A stretch of 64,000 bases of DNA from Cyanobacteria bacterium J06626_4 (GTDB lineage Bacteria > Cyanobacteriota > Cyanobacteriia > Phormidesmidales > Phormidesmidaceae), in assembly GCA_038523235.1 (NCBI GenBank), contig JBCBJQ010000011.1, positions 32,001 to 96,000 of the forward strand. The letters are read 5' to 3'. Below, piece after piece: positions 20,913 through 32,196 of this stretch (within the stretch, counting starts at the first letter, position 1; every line of letters starts with the position of its first letter). Under the pieces are notes generated by a model, which was not told the origin of the DNA, did no database searches, and saw nothing but the letters and a program-made list of their open reading frames with translations. The position numbers and the translations under genes are program-made.

Positions 20913-21506
20913 TCAGGCATTTAGGTTGTTAACCAAGCTGGCTAGATCCAACTGAACCTTGATATCGATGAGTTGGTTTCCCAGCGCTAGCCGTTCTCCA
21001 GTGACCCAAGCTGCTTGAGGCTGAAAGCCATAAATCCGACGCGGAGAGGCCCCGAGATAGTCGTCTCGGGTCCGTCGGGGTGGGTCGCCACCGGTCCGTT
21101 TGAACAGAGACTGCATCACCGTGTTGACGTGCGCAGGCTCTAACTCCTGTGCGAGGCCACTCAGATAAACGCCCTTGCCTTTGCCTTCTCCCGCATGGGT
21201 GCCGTAAATAGTGATGGCCACTCGCCCTTGGTTCAGATAAATGTTTTGAGAATGCTTGGCAGCGATCGCAGAAGACCAATACAAGTTCAGCGCTGAGTCA
21301 TAGGTGAAGAAGACCGGAGAGGCCCAAGGCCAACTATCCGGCGAGCAGGTTGATAGGGTGCAGTAAATGTTGTTTTGAATGATTTGGCTGGCCAGGTCTA
21401 AGGCGGCTGGGTTCTGCTGCTCAGAGGTCTTGACCCAGTCATTGTCCATCAGTGCTCTCACCTGTTCATCATCAGAGCGCTGCGTCGAGACTGTCTCATC
21501 AATCAT
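20913..21506 (-). CDS. Pyridoxamine 5'-phosphate oxidase-like FMN-binding protein; start may be ATG 21449
   Basis: YCTLSTCSPDSWPWASPVFF...LYWSS..AKHSQNI. Confidence 0.75.
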   Translation of the reverse strand: MIDETVSTQRSDDEQVRALMDNDWVKTSEQQNPAALDLASQIIQNNIYCTLSTCSPDSWPWASPVFFTYDSALNLYWSSAIAAKHSQNIYLNQGRVAITIYGTHAGEGKGKGVYLSGLAQELEPAHVNTVMQSLFKRTGGDPPRRTRDDYLGASPRRIYGFQPQAAWVTGERLALGNQLIDIKVQLDLASLVNNLNA

Positions 21507-21796
21507 GGCTGTGGAACTTGACTGCGATTATTCAAAAGCTATCGCAGTTTCTGGCATCTGCGATTTCCGCCTCTAATAAATTGGTGACGGCATCTGCAAC
21601 TGTCTTAGTCAGGGCAATCTTGGCTCCCACAGTGGTGCATCAGAGCCCAACATCTTCAGTCTCCAGAACCGGTCAGGTCACAACCTGGCCCAGCGACAAT
21701 TTAGATATAGGCCCGCAATTATTACCACGATCATCCTCCAGTCTTGAGCCGTCATTTTTGGGCATGCTGCCTTTGAGGGCATCTCGGGGAAATACT

Positions 21797-23251
21797 GTGA
21801 CTGCATCCACATCATCATCGGCCTGGGCGATCGCCCAAGCTCGCCTCAAAGAAATTTGGGGCTACAGCGCCTTTCGTCCACCTCAGGACTTGGTGATTCA
21901 AGCGTTGCTGCAGCGGCAAGATGCGCTGATTGTGATGCCAACGGGTGGGGGCAAGTCGTTGTGCTTCCAACTGCCTGCCTTGATGCAGCAGGGCGTCACT
22001 CTGGTGGTCTCTCCCCTAGTGGCGCTAATGGAAAATCAGGTGCAGGAGCTGCGCGATCGCCAGTTGCCTGCCGCTACCCTGCACAATGAAGTGCCGAAAT
22101 CAGAGCGATATCGGGTCTTGACGGCCCTCGAACGGCAGCAGCTGCGGCTGCTCTATCTCTCTCCTGAGACGCTATTGAGCCCGCCCGTTTGGCAACGCCT
22201 CTGCCAGCCGAATCTGACCATCAACGGCCTCGTGCTCGATGAAGCCCATTGCCTGGTGCAGTGGGGTGAAACGTTTCGTCCCGCCTATCGGCGGTTAGGG
22301 GCGGCTCGTCAAGCCCTGCAGCAATGCCGACCCGACGGCACCCAAATTCCTATCGCGGCCTTTACTGCCACGGCTGATCCCATCGCTCAAAAGGTGATTC
22401 GTGAAGTCCTCAAGCTGCGATCGCCCCAAGTTTTCTGTCTGAGTCCCTATCGGGCCAACTTGCATCTGACCGTGCAAACCGTATGGACGCCGCGGGGCCG
22501 CCAGCAAGGTTTGCTGAAATTCGTGCATCAGCATCATGGCCAAACGGGACTGGTGTATGTGCGCACCCGTCGCGACAGTGTCGAGTTAGCTCGCTGGCTG
22601 CAGCAACGGGGCTATCGCACGGCCAGCTATCACGCCGGATTATCCGCCCGCGATCGCCGTCAGTGTGAGCAAGCCTGGCTGCAAAACCAGGTGCAAATCG
22701 TGGTGGCGACGAATGCCTTTGGTATGGGGGTTAACAAGCCAGATTTACGCTGGGTGGCCCACTATCACGTGCCTCACTTGCTGACTGAATATGTGCAAGA
22801 GATTGGCCGGGCCGGACGCGACGGCCAGCCCGCCCACGCTCTGTCACTCATCAGTGAGCGTAGCGGACTGCTAGATCCCACCGACCGCCAGCGATCTCAA
22901 TTCTTTCGCAACCAGGCCCACAAAATTCGGCAGCAGGCGACGCGGCTCAGCCAACAGATTCCTCCCCAAGGAAGTCTGCCAACCGTGCAAGAAGAATTTA
23001 AGGATGGAGCGATCGCGCTGTCCTATCTCCACAGCCAGGGCCAGCTAGAGTGGCTTGATCCCTTTCACTACCAACTATTGCCTCATCGCGTTCAGACATC
23101 TGCGGCTTCCCAAGCAGACTCGGATATGACCGCGTTTTTGTATAGCCGTCGCTGTCGCTGGCAGTTGATCATGCAGCAGTTTGGCTTTCGCCCCAAGACG
23201 GTAAAGCCAGGCCGGTGTGGGCATTGTGATAATTGCCGTCAGCCTGCGTGA
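21797..23251 (+). CDS. recQ: ATP-dependent DNA helicase RecQ (short form)
   Basis: PTGGGKSLCFQLP, DEAH, FTATA, QEIGRAGRDG, Zn motif CRW...CGHCDNC; start moved to GTG 21797. Confidence 0.9.
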   Translation: MTASTSSSAWAIAQARLKEIWGYSAFRPPQDLVIQALLQRQDALIVMPTGGGKSLCFQLPALMQQGVTLVVSPLVALMENQVQELRDRQLPAATLHNEVPKSERYRVLTALERQQLRLLYLSPETLLSPPVWQRLCQPNLTINGLVLDEAHCLVQWGETFRPAYRRLGAARQALQQCRPDGTQIPIAAFTATADPIAQKVIREVLKLRSPQVFCLSPYRANLHLTVQTVWTPRGRQQGLLKFVHQHHGQTGLVYVRTRRDSVELARWLQQRGYRTASYHAGLSARDRRQCEQAWLQNQVQIVVATNAFGMGVNKPDLRWVAHYHVPHLLTEYVQEIGRAGRDGQPAHALSLISERSGLLDPTDRQRSQFFRNQAHKIRQQATRLSQQIPPQGSLPTVQEEFKDGAIALSYLHSQGQLEWLDPFHYQLLPHRVQTSAASQADSDMTAFLYSRRCRWQLIMQQFGFRPKTVKPGRCGHCDNCRQPA

Positions 23252-23257
23252 CGATCG

Positions 23258-23884
23258 TTATTCTGGCTGAGGCCCAGGAAAGGTCGGGGGTGAGCCTGCC
23301 GGAACGTCTTCTATTCCTAAGGGGCGCAATGTATCTGCCGGAAGCTCAGGGACTAAGATCGGGCTGCCACTCTCGGTTTCTACCTGATAGAACAGGCGAC
23401 TCTGCCCCGATGCATCGCGCTCAAAAGAGGCATCTAGATAGCCGTCGCCATAGAGAATGAGATTCAATAGGCCGCCATCGGTGCGAGAGTCCATCGGCCA
23501 GGGCGATAACGTGCCAGAGAACTCACCAGCGGTAAACACAAACCCTTGGTAAGCGATTGGATGACACATGCCGTCGGCATTGGCCATCCCCATGATCACG
23601 GTCGTGTCGCCATAAATCTGAGCCGCTCCGGTCAGGGTCCAACCGGCAGCCATCACCAGATCATCTTCCGGGAGCACTGCCGGACGCACTGTTTGCTCGC
23701 ACTCCGTCAGGTTACTGCTGTCCTGCTCTGGCGCTTGCGGCATGGCCGCGTCCGCTTCATTCCAGTTCATGACTTCATCTAGCCAGGTGCCGCTGGGCTC
23801 TACTTGCGCTCGGGACGTCGGTGCTAGCAGCATTGAGGCCAATACCAGTAACGCCGGCAAGATAGTCAGCCAAGACTTCATCAT
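23258..23884 (-). CDS. Exported protein, LppP/LprE-like
   Basis: Signal peptide; ADGMCHPIAYQGFVF..G.FSGTLSP.PMDSRTDG motif. Confidence 0.5.
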   Translation of the reverse strand: MMKSWLTILPALLVLASMLLAPTSRAQVEPSGTWLDEVMNWNEADAAMPQAPEQDSSNLTECEQTVRPAVLPEDDLVMAAGWTLTGAAQIYGDTTVIMGMANADGMCHPIAYQGFVFTAGEFSGTLSPWPMDSRTDGGLLNLILYGDGYLDASFERDASGQSRLFYQVETESGSPILVPELPADTLRPLGIEDVPAGSPPTFPGPQPE

Positions 23885-24618
23885 AGTCACCTCGCAAATA
23901 CGTCGATCAGGGGAGCCCAACAGCGGTGGTTAGCAATAGCGTAGAGGCGATCACGAGGGATCGTAAAGGGCAAGGAAAGAGTGTGATCGCCAACTAACAT
24001 CCGCTTTTGCCCCCTCAGGATAGCTGCGGCCAGGCCCGGATCAGTCCCTAGAAAGCTCTCCAAGCACAGCCGTCCTCACCGACTAGCACGCCTGCAATCC
24101 TCCTGGGCGAGCCGAGAGTATCTGATGACCGCTGGCGCGATCGCTTCTTTGAGTCAAATGCGGCGATGTTGTTTTTATTTGTAGACAGAATAAGAAGCCT
24201 GATTAAGTTGTTTTTATTAACTCCAAAAATAAAAAGAAAGATCTTATCAAAAGATCTTAATTGAATTGAAAATCGGCGGCAAATATCTTTTGTCAGAGTT
24301 ATTAACTTCTGAAAATAACCTTTGCTAAAGCAATAGTGTTTCTGTAGTTTGATATTTAATTCGAGCTTCCTCCGGCTTCAGAAGTCATGGGTTTTTCGCC
24401 CATGAAAATTTTTTCTAAGGCCACTTAAGAAGTTCAATGACCTGCATGGAGCTGGGCGCAGCACATTATTTTGCTGTCTCAGGAGGACTCTAGGCAAGTC
24501 TTCCATGTCGAAAACGTCTTACTTTAGGCTTTCTATAGACTCATCCAATGAATGTCTATGCTCTTATGAAAGCGCCTTTATCCACTCTGTATTTTTGAGT
24601 AGAAGAGAGGAGAGTCCC

Positions 24619-26913
24619 ATGACAATAAGTCCCCCTGAACCGGGACAGAAAGTCAGGGTTGTGGTTGATAAAGATCCGGTACAAACCTCATTTGAACGAT
24701 GGGCAAAGCCGGGACATTTTGACCGAACGTTAGCGCGCGGTCCCAAAACCACCACGTGGATTTGGAATCTGCATGCTGATGCCCATGACTTTGATAGTCA
24801 CACGAGTGACTTAGAAGATATTTCTCGTAAAATCTTCAGCGCCCACTTTGGCCATTTGGCCGTCATTTTCATCTGGCTAAGTGGGATGTACTTTCACGGG
24901 GCCAAGTTCTCTAATTACGAGGCTTGGCTGACCAACCCCACCGGCATTAAACCCAGTGCTCAGGTGGTTTGGCCGATTTTTGGTCAAGAAATCCTCAACG
25001 CCGATGTCGGCGGTGGCTTCAACGGCATTCAAATCACCTCTGGTTTATTCCAGATGTGGCGGGCTAACGGCATTACCAACAGCTTCGAGCTGTATTGCAC
25101 CGCGATCGGGGCATTGGTAATGGCGGGCTTGATGCTGTTTGCCGGGTGGTTCCATTACCACAAAGCCGCTCCCAAGCTGGAGTGGTTCCAAAATGTGGAA
25201 TCGATGATGAACCACCACTTGGCCGGGCTGTTGGGGCTGGGCTGTCTCGGGTATGCCGGACAGCAAATCCATGTCTCCCTGCCGATCAATGCCTGTATGG
25301 ATGCGATCGATGCGGGTAAGCCCTTGACCATTGGCGGTCGAGTCATTGATTCAGTGGCGGCGATTCCGTTGCCCCACGAGTGGATCTTGAATCCCAGCCT
25401 GATGGCTGATCTGTATCCCAGTTTTGCCCAGGGGTTAACCCCGTTCTTTACGCTCAACTGGAGCGCCTACACCGATTTTCTCACCTTCAAAGGTGGGTTG
25501 AACCCGGTCACTGGCGGGTTGTGGTTGTCCGATACGGCCCACCACCACCTGGCTTTGGCCGTCTTGTTCATCGTCGCTGGGCACTTCTACCGCACGAACT
25601 GGGGCATTGGCCACAGTTTCAGAGAAGTGTTAGAGGCCCACAAGGGTCCCTTCACCGGGGAAGGCCACAAGGGCATGTATGAGATCTTCACGACCTCTTG
25701 GCACTGCCAGTTGTCGTGGAACCTCGCTTGGGTCGGTTCGTTATCCATCATTGTGGCTCACCACATGTATGCGATGCCGCCCTATCCGTACATTGCGACG
25801 GACTACGCCACTCAGTTGGGCCTATTTACCCACCACATGTGGATTGGCGGTTTCCTCATCTGTGGGGCCGCTGCCCATGCAGCCATTTTCATGGTGCGAG
25901 ACTATGACCCGGCCACCCATGTCGACAACCTGCTTGATCGCGTGTTGCGTCATCGAGATGCCATCATTTCTCACCTGAACTGGGTGTGTATTTTCCTCGG
26001 TTTCCATAGCTTTGGTCTGTATATCCACAATGACACCATGCGGTCGTTGGGACGGCCTCAGGACATGTTCTCCGATACCGCAATTAATTTGCAGCCGATT
26101 TTTGCCCAATGGGTACAAGGGCTGCATGCTGCCGCTGCTGGCAATACCGCACCGGGTGCCCTAGCTGGGGTGAGTCCGGTCTTTAACGGTGACGTTTTAG
26201 CAGTCGGTGGCAAGGTAGCCATGGCGGCGATCCCTCTAGGTACCGCCGACTTTATGGTGCACCACATTCATGCCTTCACGATTCATGTGACAGTCCTGAT
26301 TTTGCTGAAAGGCGTGCTGTTTGCTCGTAGTTCTCGCTTGATTCCGGATAAAGGTGAGTTGGGTTTCCGATTCCCTTGTGATGGCCCCGGTCGAGGCGGC
26401 ACCTGTCAGGTATCCGGTTGGGACCATGTGTTCCTGGGCCTGTTCTGGATGTACAACTCCATCTCCATCGTGATCTTCCACTTTAGTTGGAAGATGCAGT
26501 CGGACGTGTGGGGTTCAGTGTCTGATTCCGGCGCGGTTTCACACATTACCGCTGGTAACTTTGCCCAAAGCTCGATCACGATTAACGGTTGGCTACGGGA
26601 CTTCTTGTGGGCTCAGGCCTCCCAGGTGATTGGCTCTTACGGGTCGGCCCTGTCGGCTTACGGCCTCATGTTCCTCGGGGCTCACTTTGTGTGGGCATTT
26701 AGTCTGATGTTCTTGTTTAGTGGCCGCGGCTACTGGCAAGAGCTGATTGAGTCCATTGTTTGGGCTCACAGCAAGCTGAAGGTTGCGCCTGCTATCCAGC
26801 CTCGGGCGCTGAGTATCACGCAAGGGCGTGCAGTTGGGTTAGCGCACTATCTCTTAGGAGGGATTGCCACCACCTGGGCCTTCTTCCATGCTCGCATGTT
26901 GACGATGGGATAG
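24619..26913 (+). CDS. psaA: Photosystem I P700 apoprotein A1 (764 aa)
   Basis: MTISPPE start after [20 protein letters not shown]x motif; [15 protein letters not shown]. Confidence 0.99.
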   Translation: MTISPPEPGQKVRVVVDKDPVQTSFERWAKPGHFDRTLARGPKTTTWIWNLHADAHDFDSHTSDLEDISRKIFSAHFGHLAVIFIWLSGMYFHGAKFSNYEAWLTNPTGIKPSAQVVWPIFGQEILNADVGGGFNGIQITSGLFQMWRANGITNSFELYCTAIGALVMAGLMLFAGWFHYHKAAPKLEWFQNVESMMNHHLAGLLGLGCLGYAGQQIHVSLPINACMDAIDAGKPLTIGGRVIDSVAAIPLPHEWILNPSLMADLYPSFAQGLTPFFTLNWSAYTDFLTFKGGLNPVTGGLWLSDTAHHHLALAVLFIVAGHFYRTNWGIGHSFREVLEAHKGPFTGEGHKGMYEIFTTSWHCQLSWNLAWVGSLSIIVAHHMYAMPPYPYIATDYATQLGLFTHHMWIGGFLICGAAAHAAIFMVRDYDPATHVDNLLDRVLRHRDAIISHLNWVCIFLGFHSFGLYIHNDTMRSLGRPQDMFSDTAINLQPIFAQWVQGLHAAAAGNTAPGALAGVSPVFNGDVLAVGGKVAMAAIPLGTADFMVHHIHAFTIHVTVLILLKGVLFARSSRLIPDKGELGFRFPCDGPGRGGTCQVSGWDHVFLGLFWMYNSISIVIFHFSWKMQSDVWGSVSDSGAVSHITAGNFAQSSITINGWLRDFLWAQASQVIGSYGSALSAYGLMFLGAHFVWAFSLMFLFSGRGYWQELIESIVWAHSKLKVAPAIQPRALSITQGRAVGLAHYLLGGIATTWAFFHARMLTMG

Positions 26914-26936
26914 CAGGGAGGAATCAAAAAAAATCA

Positions 26937-29165
26937 ATGGCAACTAAATTCCCAAAATTTAGCCAGGCTTTGGCGCAAGATCCGACTACTCGGCGGATCT
27001 GGTATGGGATTGCGACGGCCCACGATTTTGAAAGTCACGATGGCATGACGGAGGAAAATCTTTATCAAAAGATTTTTGCTTCTCACTTTGGTCATCTGGC
27101 AATCATCTTTTTGTGGACCTCCGGCAACCTGTTCCACGTCGCCTGGCAAGGTAATTTCGAGCAGTGGGTCAAAGACCCGCTCGGTGTTAGTCCCATCGCT
27201 CACGCGATTTGGGATCCGCAGTTTGGTCAACCGGCGGTGGATGCCTTCAGCCAAGCTGGGGCCAACTATCCGGTCGATATCTCTTTCTCGGGGGTCTACC
27301 ACTGGTGGTACACCATCGGCATGCGCACCAACATGGACCTCTTTAGTGGTGCGGTGTTCTTGCTGATTTTGGCCGCCGTCTTTCTGTTTGCTGGTTGGCT
27401 GCATTTACAGCCCCGGTTCCGCCCGAGTTTGTCTTGGTTCAAAAATGCGGAATCCCGCTTGAACCACCACTTAGCTGGGCTGTTTGGCGTCAGTTCGCTG
27501 GCCTGGACAGGGCATTTGGTGCACGTGGCCATTCCCGAAGCGCGGGGTCAGCATGTGGGGTGGGACAACTTCCTCTCCACGCCGCCCCACCCCGACGGGT
27601 TGCTGCCGTTCTTCACCGGCCAGTGGGGCGTCTATGCCCAGAACCCTGATGGTCTCAATCAGGTGTTTGGCACCAGTGAGGGTGCCGGTACTGCGATTCT
27701 GACCTTCTTGGGAGGTTTTCATCCCCAGACGGAAGCGCTGTGGCTGACGGATATTGCCCATCACCATCTGGCGATCGCGGTCATCTTTATCGTGGCGGGC
27801 CACATGTACCGGACTAACTTCGGTATTGGCCACAACATGAAGGAGATCATGGCGGCCCATAATCCGCCTACCGGAACGCCTTTTGGCGGTTGGATTGGCG
27901 ATGGCCACAAGGGCATGTATGACACCTATAACAACTCGCTCCACTTCCAACTGGGGTGGCACTTAGCTTGTTTAGGGGTGGTCACGTCGCTGGTGGCGCA
28001 GCACATGTATTCGCTGCCGTCCTACGCGTTTATCGCCAAGGACTACACCACTCAGGCGGCCTTGTATACCCATCACCAGTACATCGCTGGCTTCTTGATG
28101 GTGGGGGCGTTTGCCCACGGGGCCATTTTCCTGATTCGGGATTACGATCCCAAGGCGAATGAGAACAATGTGCTGTCCCGGATGCTAGAGCATAAGGAAG
28201 CGCTGATTTCCCACCTGAGTTGGGTTTCCCTCTTCCTCGGCTTCCACACGTTGGGACTATACGTCCATAACGATGTGGTCGTCGCTTTTGGCACCCCCGA
28301 GAAGCAGATTCTGGTAGAGCCCGTCTTTGCCCAGTGGATTCAAGCTTCCCACGGCAAACTGCTGTATGGCTTTGACACCCTATTGTCGAACTCCGACAGC
28401 ATTGCCGCGACGGCTTGGCCCAACTACGGCAACGTCTGGTTACCCGGATGGCTGGATGCGATTAACAGTGGCTCGAACTCGTTGTTCTTGGCCATTGGCC
28501 CCGGTGACTTCTTAGTGCACCATGCGATCGCCCTCGGCCTGCACACCACGACCCTGATTCTTGTCAAAGGGGCCTTGGATGCTCGCGGTTCGAAGCTCAT
28601 GCCGGACAAAAAAGACTTCGGCTACAGCTTCCCCTGCGACGGGCCAGGACGAGGGGGGACCTGCGACATCTCCGCGTGGGATGCGTTCTACCTCGCCATG
28701 TTCTGGATGCTCAATACCCTTGGGTGGTTGACGTTCTATTGGCACTGGAAACATCTCACCCTCTGGTCGGGTAACGTAGCTCAGTTCAACGAAAACTCGA
28801 CCTACTTGATGGGCTGGTTCCGAGACTACCTGTGGCTCAACTCGTCGCAGCTGATCAACGGCTACAACCCGTATGGCATGAATAACCTATCGGTGTGGGC
28901 CTGGATGTTCCTCCTTGGACACTTGGTCTGGGCAACGGGCTTCATGTTCCTGATTAGCTGGCGGGGTTACTGGCAAGAGCTGATCGAGACGCTGGTGTGG
29001 GCGCATGAGCGCACGCCCCTGGCCAACTTGGTGAGCTGGAAAGATAAGCCGGTAGCACTCTCTATCGTGCAGGCGCGAGTGGTGGGTCTGGCTCACTTTA
29101 CAGCAGGCTATATCATCACCTACGCGGCCTTCCTGATCGCCTCAACGTCAAGCCGCTTTGGCTAG
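26937..29165 (+). CDS. psaB: Photosystem I P700 apoprotein A2 (742 aa)
   Basis: [47 protein letters not shown]. Confidence 0.99.
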   Translation: MATKFPKFSQALAQDPTTRRIWYGIATAHDFESHDGMTEENLYQKIFASHFGHLAIIFLWTSGNLFHVAWQGNFEQWVKDPLGVSPIAHAIWDPQFGQPAVDAFSQAGANYPVDISFSGVYHWWYTIGMRTNMDLFSGAVFLLILAAVFLFAGWLHLQPRFRPSLSWFKNAESRLNHHLAGLFGVSSLAWTGHLVHVAIPEARGQHVGWDNFLSTPPHPDGLLPFFTGQWGVYAQNPDGLNQVFGTSEGAGTAILTFLGGFHPQTEALWLTDIAHHHLAIAVIFIVAGHMYRTNFGIGHNMKEIMAAHNPPTGTPFGGWIGDGHKGMYDTYNNSLHFQLGWHLACLGVVTSLVAQHMYSLPSYAFIAKDYTTQAALYTHHQYIAGFLMVGAFAHGAIFLIRDYDPKANENNVLSRMLEHKEALISHLSWVSLFLGFHTLGLYVHNDVVVAFGTPEKQILVEPVFAQWIQASHGKLLYGFDTLLSNSDSIAATAWPNYGNVWLPGWLDAINSGSNSLFLAIGPGDFLVHHAIALGLHTTTLILVKGALDARGSKLMPDKKDFGYSFPCDGPGRGGTCDISAWDAFYLAMFWMLNTLGWLTFYWHWKHLTLWSGNVAQFNENSTYLMGWFRDYLWLNSSQLINGYNPYGMNNLSVWAWMFLLGHLVWATGFMFLISWRGYWQELIETLVWAHERTPLANLVSWKDKPVALSIVQARVVGLAHFTAGYIITYAAFLIASTSSRFG

Positions 29166-29184
29166 CGAGGCAACTTGAAATAGA

Positions 29185-29216
29185 AGGCTGGGGACACAGT
29201 CATGTGTCCCCAGCCT
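29185..29216 (+). terminator. Perfect 14-bp hairpin after psaB with no U-tract (3' stabiliser or processing site)
   Basis: AGGCTGGGGACACA-GTCA-TGTGTCCCCAGCCT. Confidence 0.6.
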
Positions 29217-29571
29217 CCTCCCCGAGCCCAGCTTTGTTGCCGGCTCCGGTTTACGCCCCCAACGCGATTCGTCCGCTCGGGATGAGCGTGGCCCTTATTC
29301 AAAGATTTTGATGACGGTTATTCAGAAGCTGACGCTGCATTCCTTCTGAAATCCCCTTTACAGGCTTGGGACGCATGGAGACTCTCCGCGCCTCATGAGT
29401 CCTGGTTCTTCGGGGTAGTTGAACCAGGACTTTTATTCTTCCGTTAGGCGATCGCGCCCTGGTGCATTGAGTATGCCGAGGCGAGTCGCTTCACCCCAAT
29501 CGCCTAACGAGCCGTGTTTCTCTCTGACCCCGGAGAGAAGATTTCTCACCCATATGGAGGCACATCCCAAC

Positions 29572-30051
29572 ATGACAAATCAAATGGTTCAGCCCTACCA
29601 GGGAAACCCGGAACTGGGCCACCTATCGACGCCCATCAGTGATTCCGCCTTTGTGCGGTCTTTCTTAGGGGCGCTGCCCGCCTACCGCAAAGGCATGGCC
29701 CCGCTGACGCGCGGGCTCGAAATTGGTCTGGCTCACGGGTATTTTTTGGTCGGGCCGGAAGTAGTGGTCGGTGCCCTACGGGACTTTGAGGTCGCCCCTT
29801 ATTTGGGCGGACTGGTCACCGCGATCGCGATCGTGCTGCTGGGCACAGCCTGCATGAACGCCCACGGTCTCGTATCCCTCAAGCCCACCGCCGAACTCCC
29901 CGCTGGCACTGACCCGCTAAAAACGGCTGAAGGCTGGAGCGAAATGTCGGCTGGCTTTTTCATTGGCGGCATGAGCGGTGCCTATATGGCCTATTTCTTG
30001 CTGACCCACTTTGCCGAAATCAACGCGATCTTTAGGGGATTTGTGAATTAG
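29572..30051 (+). CDS. psaL: Photosystem I subunit XI (159 aa)
   Basis: GHLSTPISDS, LPAYRKG, RGLEIGLAHGYFLVGP; SD GGAGG before ATG 29572. Confidence 0.95.
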   Translation: MTNQMVQPYQGNPELGHLSTPISDSAFVRSFLGALPAYRKGMAPLTRGLEIGLAHGYFLVGPEVVVGALRDFEVAPYLGGLVTAIAIVLLGTACMNAHGLVSLKPTAELPAGTDPLKTAEGWSEMSAGFFIGGMSGAYMAYFLLTHFAEINAIFRGFVN

Positions 30052-30053
30052 TA

Positions 30054-30122
30054 GGGGATAGGGAATGGGGAATAGGGAACAGGTGGAATTTTCCTAATAC
30101 CTAATCCCTGCTTACTCCCTAC
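30054..30122. repeat. Short heptamer tandem repeats (STRR-like) forming an imperfect hairpin
   Basis: GGGGATA GGGAATG GGGAATA GGGAACA (30054-30081), followed by complementary-type units TTCCTAA TACCTAA TCCCTG. Confidence 0.55.
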
Positions 30123-30176
30123 GCCCTCATACCTCGTAACCATTGACCATCCACATTTTTTTAGGAGACTCTCCCC

Positions 30177-30293
30177 ATGGACGGAACTTACGCGGCTTCT
30201 TGGTTGCCCTGGATTATGATTCCTGTGATTACCTGGCTGATGCCAGCGGCAGTCATGGGCCTTCTGTTTTTCTATATCGAAAGCGAAGCCTAA
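30177..30293 (+). CDS. psaI: Photosystem I subunit VIII (38 aa; not in ORF track)
   Basis: [45 protein letters not shown]. Confidence 0.95.
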   Translation: MDGTYAASWLPWIMIPVITWLMPAAVMGLLFFYIESEA

Positions 30294-30471
30294 AGATTTT
30301 GAGTTGCCATAAGCTTGCAGGTCGGCGTCTAGCACGCTCACTGCAGTGCGAAGCTGAGGGACGTGATGCTCACGTCCCTTTTTGTCGGGGGCGATCGCTC
30401 TCGTCTGCGGCCGCCGTTGCCATGACACTGCTGAGTTCAGAATTCTGCTATGGAACCGCAGACGTGCCGTT

Positions 30472-30765
30472 CTAGGACTCTGAGTTATCTTCTGAGTCAC
30501 CCAGCAGACGACTCAGGCTGGCGCGAATATTGCCCATCAAACCTTCCAGGGCCTCTTTAAGTTCGTGCCAGGCGTCTTCTGCCGTTCCTGACAAATCTTG
30601 CAGGTTAACTTGAGCTTCATCCAGATATTTTTCTAAATTCTCAACCTCTTCATGCTGCACGGCGATCATCGTTTGATCGCGCTCGCCTTTGAGCTTTTCT
30701 AGCGTCGCTTTAGTCGTTGTAATCTGCGTTTCTATTTGCCGAACGTAGTCGAGTTTGTCACTCAT
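30472..30765 (-). CDS. Hypothetical coiled-coil protein
   Basis: 97 aa heptad-rich sequence; SD GAGGAG upstream. Confidence 0.65.
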   Translation of the reverse strand: MSDKLDYVRQIETQITTTKATLEKLKGERDQTMIAVQHEEVENLEKYLDEAQVNLQDLSGTAEDAWHELKEALEGLMGNIRASLSRLLGDSEDNSES

Positions 30766-30886
30766 GGTAAAAATCTCCTCTAAACAGGGATACTGGCCAA
30801 TTAGCCAAAGAATAAAGAATGTGGCAGCGGCTGAAAGGGACGAAGATTCTCAACCGCTGCTTTACTGAACTGAACGGGCCAGGGAC

Positions 30887-32038
30887 TTAGGCTAGGGCCG
30901 TGATCCCCAGCAAAATACCTGGTATCAGGAAAAACACCGTCACAATGTAGAGAAAGGCCAGATACTTGCGATCGGCAGCGATCGCAGCCAGGGTCTCAGC
31001 TCCCACGATCGGCAGCCGACACAAAAAGGGAATCCCGTAAATGATGACGACGCCCAGGGTGTTGTAAAGCAAATGCACCATGGCAATTTCTAACGCGGGT
31101 ACCGCTTCTGCCCCAGAGACTGCCGTGGCGGCCAACAGCGCGGTCACACAGGTGCCAATATTGGCCCCGAGAGTAAAGGGGTAAACCTGTGCTAGGCCAA
31201 AGACCCCCGCCCCGGCTAAAGGCACCATCAAACTGGTCGTGGTGGAAGAAGACTGTACCAAAATGGTGATCAGGGTACCAGCCAAAATACCGGCAATGGG
31301 GCCGCGCCCGATCGCAGTGTGCAAAATGTCTTTAGCTCGGCCGACCATCAGCACCTTCAGCAGCTTGCCAATGAAGGTGATCGTTAAAAAGATCAGGCCA
31401 ATGCCCAAGAAAATCAACAAAATGCCATCAAACGGAGCCGGAAAAATATGCGTGGCAGCTTTAAATAGATTCACCAATGGACTGGTGACCGTTTTCACCA
31501 CATTCAAATTCTTCATGCTGGCTGAGCCGCCGCCGACAAAGATATTTGCCAGAAACAAACCCATCCTTTCTAGGGGATGAAACAGGATTTCTAACGGCAA
31601 AAAAATAACGACGCTGAGCAAATTAAAGAAGTCATGGATAGTCGCTGCCGCAAAGGCTTTTCTAAATTCCGTTTTGTCCGTGACGTGGCCCAGGCTGACC
31701 AAAGTGTTGGTAATAGTGGTACCAATGTTAGCGCCCATAATCATCGGTACAGCCGTCGCAACCGGCAATCCGCCAGCCACCAGACCGACGATGATGGAAC
31801 TCACGGTACTAGAGGATTGAATCAGAGCGGTCGCGACGGTGCCCACAATCAAACCCATAAAAGGGTTGGTCGCAAAGGCAAACAGTTCTTCGGCGCGTTC
31901 ACCGGTGGCCGATTTAAACCCGGCACCAATCATGCCGACAGCGACAACTAATAGATAAACCAGCAGCACAACGCCCAACCACTGCAAAACCGGATTCCGT
32001 TTAGTGGGGCTGATGGGGGGCTCGGTAACTTGACTCAT
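30887..32038 (-). CDS. Na+/Pi cotransporter family protein
   Basis: Two repeats of QSSS...GANIGT. Confidence 0.9.
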   Translation of the reverse strand: MSQVTEPPISPTKRNPVLQWLGVVLLVYLLVVAVGMIGAGFKSATGERAEELFAFATNPFMGLIVGTVATALIQSSSTVSSIIVGLVAGGLPVATAVPMIMGANIGTTITNTLVSLGHVTDKTEFRKAFAAATIHDFFNLLSVVIFLPLEILFHPLERMGLFLANIFVGGGSASMKNLNVVKTVTSPLVNLFKAATHIFPAPFDGILLIFLGIGLIFLTITFIGKLLKVLMVGRAKDILHTAIGRGPIAGILAGTLITILVQSSSTTTSLMVPLAGAGVFGLAQVYPFTLGANIGTCVTALLAATAVSGAEAVPALEIAMVHLLYNTLGVVIIYGIPFLCRLPIVGAETLAAIAADRKYLAFLYIVTVFFLIPGILLGITALA

Positions 32039-32196
32039 AAAAAAATCTCACTCCAGCACGAGTAGAACAGGAGGGCTCCAATCACTCAATTCAGAGGTTG
32101 CCAAGCTTAGGATGTCGTCTTCACCACCTCTGACTCATCAAGTAGCGAGCAGTGATGACAGTGTCGGAAACTCCTCACGACAGACAGTACACCGAG

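Noticed and set aside
24505..24618. N-terminal extensions on psaA (also psaB, psaL, recQ, fraE, pgi) in the ORF track
   Set aside because: Conserved N-termini and SD sites point to downstream starts
24619..30293. FaRLiP (chlorophyll f) gene cluster
   Set aside because: No rfpABC, chlF/psbA4, apc or psb paralogs nearby; the sequences resemble white-light paralogs as I recall them
32169..32181. Yfr1 sRNA motif (ACTCCTCACGAC versus ACTCCTCACAC)
   Set aside because: Imperfect match, no clear flanking hairpins, and not the usual guaB-trxA context
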